Positions 43,101 through 58,200 of a stretch of DNA of 64,000 nt are shown one piece after another (the first letter of the stretch is position 1; every line of letters begins with the position of its first letter). This DNA comes from the human T2T-CHM13v2.0 reference genome, Homo sapiens, in NCBI RefSeq assembly GCF_009914755.1, contig NC_060940.1; one strand, given 5' to 3'. The notes below the pieces were generated by a model. It was not told the DNA's origin. It saw only the letters and a program-made list of their open reading frames with translations, and made no database searches. Position numbers and translations under genes: made by a program.

Positions 43101-45068
43101 TCTGATGATGATTTCACTTGATTGCTTTCAATGATGATTCAATTCAAGTCCATTCGATGATTCCATTGGAGTCCAAACGATCATTCCGTTCGATTCCATT
43201 CAATGGTGATTCCATTCATGTCCATTCGATGAATCCATTCAATTCCATTCGATGATGACTCCATTCGAGTACATTCGATGATTCCATTTGATTCCATTTG
43301 AAGATGATTCCATTCAATTCCATTCGAAGATGATTCCATTCAATTCCATTCGATGATGATTCCGTATGAATCCATTCTCTGATTATTCCATTCGATTCCA
43401 TTCATTGACGATTCCATTCAATTCCATTCAATGATGATTCTCTTCTATTCCATTCGATGATTCCGGTCGATTCCATTAGATGATGATTCCATTAGATTCC
43501 ATTCGATTGTTGCATTCGATTCCCTTCGATGATGATTCCTTTGAATTCCATTCGATTATCATTCCGTATGAATCCATTTGATGATTATTCCATTGGATTC
43601 CTTTCGATGATGATTCCATTCGATTCCATTTGATGATGTTTCTCTTGTATTCCATTGGATAATTCCTTTCAGTTCCCTTCGATGATTATTCTTTCGAGTC
43701 AATTCGATGATTCTATTCCATTCCCTTCGATGATGATTCCATTTCACTCCATTTGATGATTCCATTCGACTCAATTTGGTGATGATTCAATTCGATGACA
43801 TTCGATGACTCCATTTAATTTCATTTGATGATGATTACATTCGAGTCCAATTGATGATTGTATTCCTTTCCTTTTGATGATTATTCCATTCGTGTCTATT
43901 CAAAGATTCCATTCTATTCCATTCAATGATGATTGCATTTGAATCCATTCAATGATTATGGCTATCGATTCCACTCGTTGATTCCATTTGATTCCGTTCG
44001 AGGATTATTCCGTTAGATTCCATTAGAAGATTCCATTCGATTTTATTCAATGATTCCAATGGATTCCATTCAATGATGATTCCATTCGACTCCATTCAGT
44101 GATTCCATTCGAGTCCATTTGATGATTCCATTCTTTTCCATTTGATGATGATTCCATTAGGGTCCATTCAATGATTCCATTCGAGTCCATTCGTTAATGC
44201 CTTTCGAGTCCTTTTGATCACTACATTCGAGTCCATTCAATGATTCTATTCGATTCCATTCGATGATGATTCCAATTGAATCCATTCAAAGATTCCATTC
44301 AGTTTCATTCGATGATTCCCTTAGATTCCATTCGATGATTCCACTTGATTCCATTTACGATGATTCCATTCGATTCCATGTGATGATTCCATTCAATTCT
44401 ATTCAATGCTTTTTCCATTTGATTCCATTCGACCATGATTGCCTTTGATTCCATTCAATGATTCCATTCGGTTCCTTTTGATGATGATTCCGTTCGATTC
44501 CATTTGATGATTCCACTGGATTCCATTGGATGAGTCCATTCCATTACATTCGATGATTATTCCATTCGAGTGCATTAGATGATTCCATTCGAGTCCATTC
44601 GATGGTTCCATTCGATTCCATTCGATGTTGATTCTGTTCAAATCCATTCGATGATTCCACTCGATTCCATTCGATGACTCCAGTTGATCCCATTAGATGA
44701 TTTCCTTTGATTCCCTATGATGATCATTCCATTTGATTCAATTCGTTGATTTCATTTGATTCCATTCAGTGATGTTTCCATTCGACTCCATTCGGTGATG
44801 ATTCCATTCGACTCCATTCGATTATGATTTCATTCAATTCCATTCGATAATGATTCCCTTCGAGTCCATTCGATGATTCCATTCGATTCCATTCAACGAT
44901 GATTTGATTCGTGTCCATTCGATGATTCCATTTGATTCCACTTGATGATGATTCCATTCGAGTCCATTTGATGATTCCATTCAATTCCATTCTCCGATGA
45001 TTTCTTTTGAGCCCATTCAATGCTTCCACTCGATTCCATATGATGATGACTCCATTCGATGAAATTCG
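37149..45068 (+). repeat. Higher-order repeat unit 4 (type B, 7,920 bp, internally deleted)
   Basis: Landmark at 37157 and 45077. It is collinear with unit 5 at offsets 8346, 8444 and 8467 (ORF track 38675->47021, 41527->49971, 43216->51683). Confidence 0.9.
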
Positions 45069-48000
45069 ATGATGATTCCATTCGCTTGCATTCGATGATG
45101 ATTCCACTTGAGTCCGTTAGAAGATTCTATTCAATTACATTCCATGACGATTCCGTTCGAGTCCATTTGATGATTCCATTAGACTCCATTCGACGATGAT
45201 TCCATTCGATGTTATTCGATGATTCCATTCGATCTCATTCGATGATGATTCCATTCAACTCCATTCGATGTTTCCATTCGAGTTCATTCTATTATTCCAT
45301 TAGATTCCATTCGATGATGATTCCATTCGATTCCATTTGATGATTGCATTCTATTTCATTTGATGATGATTCCATTCGAGTCCACTCGATGATTCCATTC
45401 GAGTCCATTTAATGAATCCATTGGTTTCAATTCTATGATGATTACATTGGATTCCATTCGTTGATGATTTCATTCGGTTCCATTCAATGATGATTCCATT
45501 CAATTCCTTTCAATGTTTCCATTCAATTCCATACGATGATGATTCCATTTGATTTGATTCGACAGTGAGCCATTCGATTCAATTCCATGATGATTCTATT
45601 TGATTCAATTGGTTGACATTTCCATTCGATTCCATTCGATGATGATTCCCTTTGATTCCGTTCAAAGATGATTCCATTCTAGCCCATTCAATCATTCCAT
45701 TCGATTCTATTCAATGATGATTCCATTCATGTCGATTTGGTGATTCCATTTCACTTCATTTGATGATGATTCCTTTCAAGTTCATTAGATGATTCCATTC
45801 GATTCCATTTGATGATGATCCCATTCGAGTCCATTCAGTGATTCCATTCGTTTCCATTCCATGATGATTCCATTCCATTCCATTCAATGATTCCATTCGA
45901 TTCCGTTTGATGATGATTTCATTCGAGTCCATTTGATGATTCCATTTGATTCCATTCAATGATGATTCCATTCGAGTCCATTCGATGATTCTATTCGAAT
46001 CCATTTGATGATTTCTTTTGATTATAGTTGGTGATGATTCCATTGGAGTCCATTCAATGATTCCATTCGATTCCAATCGATGGTGATTCCATTAGAGTCC
46101 ATTTAATGATTCCATTTGATTCCAGTCTCTGATGATTACATTCGAGTCCATACGATGATTCCACTCAATTCCATATGATGATGATTCCATTCGATTCCAT
46201 TCGATGATTCCATTCTATTCTATTCAATGGTGATTCCATTCGATTCCATTCAATGATGATTCTATTTGTGTCCCTTAGATGATTCCACATGATTCCATTA
46301 GATGATGATACTATGTGAGCCCATCCAATGATTCCCTTCGATTCCATTCGATGAGGATTCCATTCGATTCAGTTCATTGGTGATTCTATTCAATTCAATT
46401 CTTTGATTCCATTCCATTCCATTCGACAATGATTCCATTCGATTTCTTTCGATGATTCCACTCGATTCCACTTGACATTGATTCCCTTCGATTCCATTCA
46501 ATGATTCCATTTGATTCCAGTGGATGATGATTGCCATCGATTCCATTCGATCACTCCATTCTATTCCATTTGATGATGATTACATTCGATTCCATTTGAC
46601 GATTCCATCTGATTCTATTCGAGGATTCCATTTGATTCCATTCGATGATGATTCCATTCGAGTCCATTCGATGATTTCATTCGAGTACATCCAATGATTC
46701 CATTCGAGTCCATTTGATGATTCCATTTGATTCCATTTGATAATGATTCTACTAGAGTCCATTCAATGACTCCATTGGAGTCCATTCAACAATTCCATTC
46801 GACTCCATTTGATGATTCCATTCGATTCCATTTGATGATTCCATTCGAGTCCATTTAATCATTACAGTCGAGTCCATTTGGTGATTCCACCGGATTTCTT
46901 TTGATAATGATACCATTCAATTACATTTGATGATGATCCCATTCAATTTCATTTGATGGTGATTCCATTAGAGTCCATTCGATGATTTCATTCGAGTCCC
47001 TTCATTGATTCCATCCGATTTCATTGGATGATGACTCCATTCGAGTCCATTCGATGATTCCACTCGATTCCATTAGATGATTCCATTGGAGTCCATTTGA
47101 TTGTTCCATTCGATTCCATTCGATTTCTTTCGAAGATTATTCCATTTGAGTCCATTCGATGATGATTCCATTCCATTCCATTCGATGATTCCGTTTGATT
47201 CCATTCGATGATTCCCTTCGATTCCTTTCTTTGATGATTCCATTCCATTCCATTCAATGATTCCATTCGAATCTATTCCATGATGATTCCTTTCGATTCC
47301 ATTCGCTGATGTTTCCTTTCAATTCCATTCGATGATGATTCCATTCGATTCCATTCATTGAGGATTCCATTTGATTCCATTCAATGATGATTCCGTTCTA
47401 TTCCATTCAATGATTGCATTCAATTCCATTCAATGATTATCCCCTTAGAGTAAACTCAACGATTCCATTCAATACCATTCGATGGTGATTCCTTTTGAGT
47501 CCATTCAATGATTTCATTCAAGTCCATTTGATGATTCCTTTCAATTCCATTCTATGATGATTCCATTCGAGTCCATTCGATGATTCCATTCGATTGCATT
47601 CGATGATTCCATTATATTCCAGTCAACGATGATTCCATTCGAGTCCATTCGATGATTCCATTAGAGTACATTTAATGATTGCTTTGTTTTCAATTCGAAG
47701 ATGATTACATTGGATTCCATTCTATGATACCATTCGATTCCATTCAATGATGATTCCACTCAAATCCATTGGATGATTCCATTCGTGTCCATTCGGTGAT
47801 TTCATTAGATTCCATTCGAGGATGATTCCATTCGATTCCATTCGATGATTCCATTCAATTCCATTCGATGATGATTCCATTCCAGTCCATATGATCATTC
47901 CATTTGATTTCATTCGATGATGATTCCATTCGATTCCATTCGATGATTCCATTCTATTCCATTCGATGATGATTCCATTCCAGTCCATGTGATCATTCCA

Positions 48001-51000
48001 TTTGATTTCATTCGATGATGATTCCATTCGATTCCATTCGATGATTCCATTCTATTCCATTCGATGATGATTCCATTCGAGTCCATTCGATGATTCCATT
48101 CGAGTCCATTTAATGATTCCATTGGGTTCAATTCAACGATGATTACATTGGATTCCGTTCTATGATTCCATTCAATTCCGTTCATTGACAATTTGATTCC
48201 ATTCGATGATGATTCCATTTGAGTTCATTCGATGATTCTATTTGATTCTCTTCGATGGTGATTCAATTCTATTATATTGGATGATTCCATTCGATTCCAT
48301 TTGATGTTGATTCAATTCGATTCTATTCGATGATGATTCCATTGGATTTCACTTGATGATTCTATTCGATTCCATTCAATGATGATTCACTTCTCGTCCA
48401 TTGGATGATTCCATTTCATTCCATTCGATGATGATTCCATTCGATTCCATTTGATGATTCCATTTGATTCCATGTGTCGGTGAGCAATTCGATTCAATTC
48501 CATGATGATTCTATTTGATTCAATTAGATGATGTTTCCATTCGAATCCATTCCATGATTATTCCATTGGAATCCATTCGGCGATGATTCCATATGAGTCA
48601 ATTCAATGATGATTCCATATGGGTCCGTTCGATGATAATTCCATTTGATTTCATTCGGTGCTTCTATTCAATTCCAGTCGATGATGATTCCGTTGGAGTC
48701 CATACGATGATTCCATTTGATTTCATTTGATGATGATTCCATTCGATGATGATTACTTTGGATTCCAGTCTATGATTCCATTCAATTCCATTCGTTGATG
48801 ATTCGATTCCATTCAATGATGATTCCATTTGAGTTCATTCGATGATTCTATTCGATTCCGTTCGATGGTGATTCAATTCTCTTATATTGGATGAATCCAC
48901 TCGATTCCATTTGATGATTATTCCATTGGAGTCCACTTAGTGAATCCTTCAGATTCTACTCGAAGATGATTCCATTCAAGTCCATTCGATGATACCATTC
49001 AATTCCATTCGTTGATGCTTCCATTCAAGTGCATTCGATGATATCATTCGATTCCATTTGATGATAATTCCATTTGATTCCATGCGATGATTCTATTCGA
49101 TTCCATTCAATGATAATTCCATTCAGTTCAGTGATTCCTCTGGACTCCATTTGATGATGATTCCATTCAATGATTCCATTCGATTCTATTCGAAAATGAT
49201 TCCATTTGAATCCATTTGATGATGATTCCATTAGATTCCATTTGATGATTCCATTCGATTCCATGCGACGATGATTCCATTCGATTCCATTTGATGATTC
49301 CATTCTATTCTATTCGATGATGATTCCATTCGATTCCATTCGATGATGATTGGATTTGATTCCATTTGATGATTTCATTTGATTCCATTCGTTAATGATT
49401 TTGATCAATTCCATTCGATGATTCCATTCGATTCCATTCGATAATGATTACATCCGTGTCCATTCAATGATTCCATTTGAGCCTGTTCGATAATTCCATT
49501 TGAGTCCAACCAATGATTCCATTCATTTCCATTCAATGATTCCATTCGAGTCCATTTGACCATTCCGGTAGAGTCCATTCGATGTTGATTCCATTGGAGT
49601 GCATTCGATGATTCCATTCCAGTCCATTTTATGATTTGATTCGAGTCCTTTCGATGATTCCATTCGATTCCACTCGATGATGATTTCATTCGAGTCCATT
49701 CGACACTTCCAATCGATTCCATTTGATGTTTCCATTCGAGTCCAATTGATGATTCCATTCAATTCCATTCGATGATGATTCCGTACGATTCCATTCTGTG
49801 ATGATTCCATGTGATTGCATTCAATGATGATTCCTTTAGATTGCATTCGATTGTGATTCATTTCGTCTTCATTCTATGGTTCCACAGGCTTCCATTCGAT
49901 GACGTTTCCATTCGTGTCCATTCCATTATTCCATTCTATTTCATTTGATGATGATTCCATTCGATTCCATTCATTGGTGATTCCACTCAATTCCATTCAA
50001 TGATTCCATTCCATTTCTTTCAACAATGATTCCATTAGTTTCTATTCGATGATCCACTTGATTCCATTTGGCGATGATTCCATTCGTGTCCATTCGATGA
50101 TTCCATTTGATTCCATATGATGATGATTCCATTCGATTCCATACCATGATGATTCCATTCGAGTCCATTCAATGGTGATTCCATTCAATTCCATTCGATG
50201 ATTCCTTCCGATTCCATTCGATGATGATGGCATTCGATTCCTTTCAATCATTCCCTTTGATTCCATTCAAAGGTGATTTCATTCAAGTCCATTCGATAAT
50301 TGCATTCGATTCCATTCTATGATGATTCCATTCGAGTCCATTTGATGATTCCATTCAATTCAAGTCAATGATGATTCCATTCCATTCCACTCGATGATTC
50401 CATTGGATTCCATTCGATGATGATTCCATTCAAATCCATTCGATAATTCAATTCAAGTCCATTCGATGATGATTCCAATCGAATCCATTCAAAGATTCCA
50501 TTCAATTCCATTCGATGATGATTCCCTTAGATTCCATTCGATGATTCCACTTGATTCCATTTACGATGATTCCATTCGATTCCATGTGATGAATCCATTC
50601 AATTCTATTCAATGATGTTTCCATTTGATTCCATTGGACCATGATTGCCTTTGATTCCATTCAATGATTCCATTCGGTTCCATTTGATGATGATTCCGTT
50701 CGATTCCATTTCTTTATTCCATTTGATTCCATTGGATGAGTCCATTCGATTACATTCGATGATTATTCCATTCGAGTGCATTAGATGATTGCATTCGAGT
50801 CCATTCGATGATTCCATTCGATTCCATTCGATGTTGATTCTGTTCAAATCCATTCGATGATTCCACTCGATTCCAATCGATGACTCCATTTGATCCCATT
50901 CGATGATTTCCTGTGATTCCCTTTGATGATCATTCTATTTGATTCAATTCGGTGATTTCATTTCATTCCATTCAGTGATGTTTCCATTCGACTGTATTCG

Positions 51001-54000
51001 ATGATGATTCCATTCGACTCCATTCGATTATGATTTCATTCAATTCCATTCAATAATGATTCCCTTCGAGTCCATTCGATGATTCCATTCGATTCCATTC
51101 AACGATGATTTGATTCGTTTCCATTCGATGATTCCATTTGATTCCACTTGATGATGATTCCATTCGAGTCCATTTGATGATTCCATTCGAGTGTATTTAT
51201 GTATTATATTCGTGTCCACTTCATGATTCCATTCAATTCCATTTAATGTTGATTCCATTTGATTCCATTTGATGATTCAGTTCGATTCCTTGCAATGATT
51301 CCCTACGATTCCTTTCTCTGATGATTCCATTCGATTCCATTCATTGATGATTTCATTCGACTCCATTCGATGATGATTCCTTTCGATTCCATTTGACGAT
51401 GTTTCCATTCGAGTCCATTCGATGATGATTCTATTCAATTCTGTTCTATTATGATTCCATTCGATTTCATTCAATGCTTCTATTTGATTCCATTCGATGA
51501 TGATTCCATCTCTTTCCCTTCGATGATTCCATTTGATTCCATTCAGTGATGATTCCATTTGATTCCATCTGATGATGATTTCACTTGATTCCTTTCAATG
51601 ATGATTCAATTCAAGTCCATTCGATGATTCCATTGGAGTCCAAACGATCATTCCGTTCGATTCCATTCAATGGTGATTCCATTCATGTCCATTCGATGAA
51701 TCCATTCAATTCCATTCGATGATGACTCCATTCGAGTACATTCGATGATTCCATTTGATTCCATTGGAAGATGATTCCATTCAATTCCATTCGAAGATGA
51801 TTCCATTCAATTCCATTCGATGATGATTCCGTATGAATCCATTCTCTGATTATTCCATTCGATTCCATTCATTGACGATTCCATTCAATTCCATTCAATG
51901 ATGATTCTCTTCTATTCCATTCGATGATTCCGGTCGATTCCATTCGATGATGATTCCATTAGATTCCATTCGATTGTTGCATTCGATTCCCTTCGATGAT
52001 GATTCCTTTGAATTCCATTCGATTATCATTCCGTATGAATCCATTTGATGATTATTCCATTGGATTCCTTTCGATGATGATTCCATTCGATTCCATTTGA
52101 TGATGTTTCTCTTGTATTCCATTGGATAATTCCTTTCAGTTCCCTTCGATGATTATTCTTTCGAGTCAATTCGATGATTCTATTCCATTCCCTTCGATGA
52201 TGATTCCATTTCACTCCATTTGATGATTCCATTCGACTCAATTTGGTGATGATTCAATTCGATGACATTCGATGACTCCATTCAATTTCATTTGATGATG
52301 ATTACATTCGAGTCCATTTGATGATTGTATTCCTTTCCTTTTGATGATTATTCCATTCGTGTCTATTCAAAGGTTCCATTCTATTCCATTCAATGATGAT
52401 TGCATTTGATTCCATTCAATGATTATGGCTATCGATTCCACTCGTTGATTCCATTTGATTCCGTTCGATGATTATTCCGTTAGATTCCATTAGAAGATTC
52501 CATTCGATTTTATTCAATGATTCCAATGGATTCCATTCAATGATGATTCCATTCGACTCCATTCAGTGATTCCATTCGAGTCCATTTGATGATTCCATTC
52601 TTTTCCATTTGATGATGATTCCATTAGGGTCCATTCAATGATTCCATTCGAGTCCATTCGTTAATGCCTTTCGAGTCCTTTTGATCACTACATTCGAGTC
52701 CATTCAATGATTCTATTTGATTCCATTCCATGATGATTCCATTCGAGTTCATTCGATGATTGCATTCGAGTCCATTTGATGATTCCATATGATTCCCTTC
52801 GACAATGATTCCATTCGTGTCCATTTGATGATTCCATTCATTTCCTATCGATGAAGATTCCATTCAAGTGTATTCGATGATTCCATTCAAATCCATTCGA
52901 TGATGATTCCATTCCAGTCCATTCGATCATTCCACTTGATTCCATTTGATGACTATTCCATTCAAATCCATTTGATGATTCCATTCGATTCCATTCGATG
53001 TTACCATTCGAGTATATACGATGATTCCACTCGATTCCATTTGATGATTATTCCATTGGAGTCCACTTAGTGAATCCTTTAGATTCTACTGGAAGATGAT
53101 TCCATTCGAGTCCATTCGATGATACCATTCAATTCCATTCGTTGATGCTTCCATTCAAGTGCATTCGATGATATCATTCGATTCCATTTGATGATAATTC
53201 CATTTGATTCCATGCGATGATTCTATTCGATTCCATTCAATGATAATTCCATTCAATTCAGTGATTCCTCTGGACTCCATTTGATGATGATTCCATTCAA
53301 TGATTCCATTCGATTCTATTCGAAAATGATTCCATTTGAATCCATTTGATGATGATTCCATTGGATTCCATTTGATGATTCCATTCGATTCCATTCGATG
53401 ATGATTCCATTCGATTCCTTTTGATGAATCCATTCTATTGTATTCGATGATGATTCCATTCGATTCCATTCGATGATGATTGGATTCGATTCCATTTGAT
53501 GATTTCATTTGATTCCATTCGATAAGGATTTCGATCAATTCCATTCGATGATTCCATTCGATTCCATTCGATAATGATTACATCCGAGTCCATTCGATGA
53601 TTCCATTTGAGCCCGTTCGATAATTCCATTTGAGTCCAATCAATGATTCCATTCATTTCCATTCAATGATTCCATTCGAGTCCATTTGATCATTCCGGTA
53701 GGGTCCGTTCGATGTTGATTCCATTGGAGTGCATTCGATGATTCCATTCGAGTCCATTTTAGGATTTGATTCGAGTCCTTTCGATGATTCCATTCGATTC
53801 CACTCGATGATTTCATTCGAGTCCATTCGACACTTCCAATCGATTCCATTTGATGTTTCCATTCGAGTCCAATTGATGATTCCATTCAATTCCATTCGAT
53901 GATGATTCCGTACGATTCCATTCTGTGATGATTCCATGTGATTGCATTCAATGATGATTCCTTTCGATTGCATTCGATTATGATTCATTTCGTGTTCATT

Positions 54001-55228
54001 CTATGGTTCCACAGGTTTCCATTCGATGATGTTTCCATTCGTGTCCATTCCATTATTCCATTCTATTCCATTTGAAGATGATTCCATTCGATTCCATTCA
54101 TTGGTGATTCCACTCAATTCCATTCAATGATTCCATTCCATTTCTTTCAACAATGATTCCATTAGTTTCTATTCGATGATCCACTTGATTCCATTTGACG
54201 ATGATTCCATTCGTGTCCATTCGATGATTCCATTTGATTCCATATGATGATGATTCCATTCGATTCCATACGATGATGATTCCATTCGAGTCCATTCAAT
54301 GGTGATTCCATTCAATTCCATTCGATGATTCCTTTCGATTCCATTCAATGATGATGGCATTCGATTCCTTTCGATCATTCCCTTTGATTCCATTCAAAGG
54401 TGATTTCATTCAAGTCCATTCGATAATTGCATTCGATTCCATTCTATGATGATTCCATTCGAGTCCATTTGATGATTCCATTCAATTCAAGTCAATGATG
54501 ATTCCATTCGATTCCACTCGATGATTCCATTGGATTCCATTCGATGATGATTCCATTCAAATCCATTCGATAATTCAATTCAAGTCCATTCGATGATGAT
54601 TCCAATCGAATCCATTCAAAGATTCCACTCAATTCCATTCGATGATGATTCCCTTAGATTCCATTCGATGATTCCACTTGATTCCATTTACGATGATTCC
54701 ATTCGATTCCATGTGATGATTCCATTCAATTCTATTCAATGATGTTTCCACTTCATTCCATTCGAACATGATTGCCTTTGATTCCATTCAATGATTCCAT
54801 ACGGTTCCATTTGATGATGATTCCATTCGAGTCCATTCGATGATTCCATTAGAGTACATTTAATGATTGCTTTGTTTTCAATTCGAAGATGATTACATTG
54901 GATTCCATTCTATGATACCATTAGATTCCATTCAATGATGATTCCACTCAAATCCATTGGATGATTCCATTCGTGTCCATTCGGTGATTTCATTAGATTC
55001 CATTCGAGGATGATTCCATTCTATTCCATTCGATGATTCCATTCAATTCCATTCGATGATGATTCCATTCCAGTCCATATGATCATTCCATTTGATTTCA
55101 TTCGATGATGATTCCATTCGATTCCATTCGATGATTCCATTCAATTCCATTCTCCGATGATTTCTTTTGAGCCCATTCAATGCTTCCACTCGATTCCATA
55201 TGATGATGACTCCATTTGATGAAATTCC
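45069..55228 (+). repeat. Higher-order repeat unit 5 (type B, 10,160 bp)
   Basis: Landmark at 45077 and 55237. It holds two copies of the GGTTCCACAGG block (49878, 54005). Confidence 0.9.
47870..48070 (+). repeat. 98-bp tandem duplication private to unit 5
   Basis: CAGTCCAT(A/G)TGATCATTCC at 47883 and 47981. Offsets to units 4 and 6 both shift by 98 here. Confidence 0.88.
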
Positions 55229-58200
55229 ATGATGATTCCATTCGCTTGCATTCGATGATGATACCACTTGAGTCCGTTAGAAGATTCTATTCAATTACAT
55301 TCCATGACGATTCTGTTCGAGTCCATTTGATGATTCCATTAGACTCCATTCGACGATGATTCCATTCGATGTTATTCGATGATGATTCCATTCAACTCCA
55401 TTCGATGTTTCCATTCGAGATCATTCTATTATTCCATTAGATTCCATTCGATGATGATTCCATTCGATTCCATTTGATGATTGCATTCTATTTCATTTGA
55501 TGATGATTCCATTCGAGTCCATTCGATGATTCCATTCGAGTCCATTTAATGAATCCATTGGTTTCAATTCTATGATGATTATATTGGATTCCATTCGTTG
55601 ATGATTTCATTCGATTCCATTCAATGATGATTCCATTCAATTCCATTCAATGATTCCATTCAATTCCATACGATGATGATTCCATTTGATTTGATTCGAC
55701 AGTGAGCCATTCGATTCAATTCCATGATGATTCTATTTGATTCAATTGGTTGACATTTCCATTCGATTCCATTCGATGATGATTCCATTTGATTCCATTC
55801 AAAGATGATTCCATTCTAGCCCATTCAATCATTCCATTCGATTCTATTCAATGATGATTCGATTCATGTCGATTTGGTGATTCCATTTGACTTCATTTGA
55901 TGATGATTCCTTTCAAGTTCATTAGATGATTCCATTCGATTCCATTTGATGATGATCCCATTCGAGTCCATTCAGTGATTCCACTCGTTTCCATTCCATG
56001 ATGATTCCATTCCATTCCATTCAATGATTCCATTCGATTCCGTTTGATGATGATTTCATTCGAGTCCATTTGATGATTCCATTTGATTCCATTCGATGAT
56101 GATTACATTCGAGTCCATACGATGATTCCACTCAATTCCATATGATGATGATTCCATTCGATTCCATTCGATGATTCCATTCTATTCTATTCAATGGTGA
56201 TTCCATTCGAGTACATTAGATGATTCCATTCGATTCCATTCAATGATGATTCTATTTGTGTCCCTTAGATGGTTCCACATGATTCCATTTCATGATGATA
56301 CTATTTGAGCCCATCCAATGATTCCCTTCGATTCCATTCGATGAGGATTCCATTCGATTCAATTCATTGGTGATTCTATTCAATTCAATTCTTTGATTCC
56401 ATTCCATTCCATTCGACAATGATTCCATTCGATTTCTTTCGATGATTCCACTCGATTCCACTTGACATTGATTCCCTTCGATTCCATTCAATGATTCCAT
56501 TTGATTCCAGTGGATGATGATTGCCATCGATTCCATTCGATCACTCCATTCTATTCCATTTGATGATGATTACATTCGATTCCATTTGACGATTCCATCT
56601 GATTCTATTCGAGGATTCCATTTGATTCCATCCGATGATGATTCCATTCGAGTCCATTCGATGATTTCATTCGAGTACATCCAATGATTCCATTCGAGTC
56701 CATTTGATGATTCCATTTGATTCCATTTGATAATGATTCTACTAGAGTCCATTCAATGACTCCATTGGAGTCCATTCAACAATTCCATCCGAGTCCATTC
56801 GATGATTCCATTCGATTCCATTTGATGATTCCATTCGAGTCCATTTAATCATTACAGTCGAGTCCATTTGGTGATTCCACCGGATTTCTTTTGATAATGA
56901 TACCATTCAATTACATTTGATGATGATCCCATTCAATTTCATTTGATGGTGATTCCATTAGAGTCCATTCGATGATTTCATTCGAGTCCCTTCATTGATT
57001 CCATCTGATTTCATTGGATGATGACTCCATTCGAGTCCATTCGATGATTCCACTCGATTCCATTAGATGATTCCATTGGAGTCCATTTGATTGTTCCATT
57101 CGATTCCATTCGATTCCTTTCGAAGATTATTCCATTTGAGTCCATTCGATGATGATTCCATTCCATTCCATTCGATGATTCCGTTTGATTCCATTCGATG
57201 ATTCCCTTCGATTCCTTTCTTTGATGATTCCATTCCATTCCATTCAATGATTCCATTCGAATCTATTCCATGATGATTCCTTTCGATTCCATTCGCTGAT
57301 GTTTCCGTTCAATTCCATTCGATGATGATTCCATTCGATTCCATTCATTGAGGATTCCATTTGATTCCATTCAATGATGATTCCGTTCTATTCCATTCAA
57401 TGATTGCATTCAATTCCATTCAATGATTATCCCCTTAGGGTAAACTCAACGATTCCATTCAATACCATTCGATGATGATTCCCTTTGAGTCCATTCAATG
57501 ATTTCATTCAAGTCCATTTGATGATTCCTTTCAATTCCATTCTATGATGATTCCATTCGAGTCCATTCGATGATTCCATTCGATTGCATTCGATGATTCC
57601 ATTATATTCCAGTCAACGATGATTCCATTCGAGTCCATTCGATGATTCCATTAGAGTACATTTAATGATTGCTTTGTTTTCAATTCGAAGATGATTACAT
57701 TGGATTCCATTCTATGATACCATTCGATTCCATTCAATGATGATTCCACTCAAATCCATTGGATGATTCCATTCGTGTCCATTCGGTGATTTCATTAGAT
57801 TCCATTCGAGGATGATTCCATTCGATTCCATTCGATGATTCCATTCAATTCCATTCGATGATGATTCCATTCCAGTCCATATGATCATTCCATTTGATTT
57901 CATTCGATGATGATTCCATTCGATTCCATTCGATGATTCCATTCTATTCCATTCGATGATGATTCCATTCGAGTCCATTCGATGATTCCATTCGAGTCCA
58001 TTTAATGATTCCATTGGGTTCAATTCAATGATGATTACATTGGATTCCGTTCTATGATTCCATTCAATTCCGTTCATTGACAATTTGATTCCATTCGATG
58101 ATGATTCCATTTGAGTTCATTCGATGATTCTATTCGATTCTCTTCGATGGTGATTCAATTCTATTATATTGGATGATTCCATTCGATTCCATTTGATGTT

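Noticed and set aside
44263-44448. The only plus-strand ORF (61 aa), starting at the unit-4 deletion junction
   Set aside because: Chance avoidance of TGA in one frame. It is satellite-derived, low-complexity and has no promoter or domain evidence.
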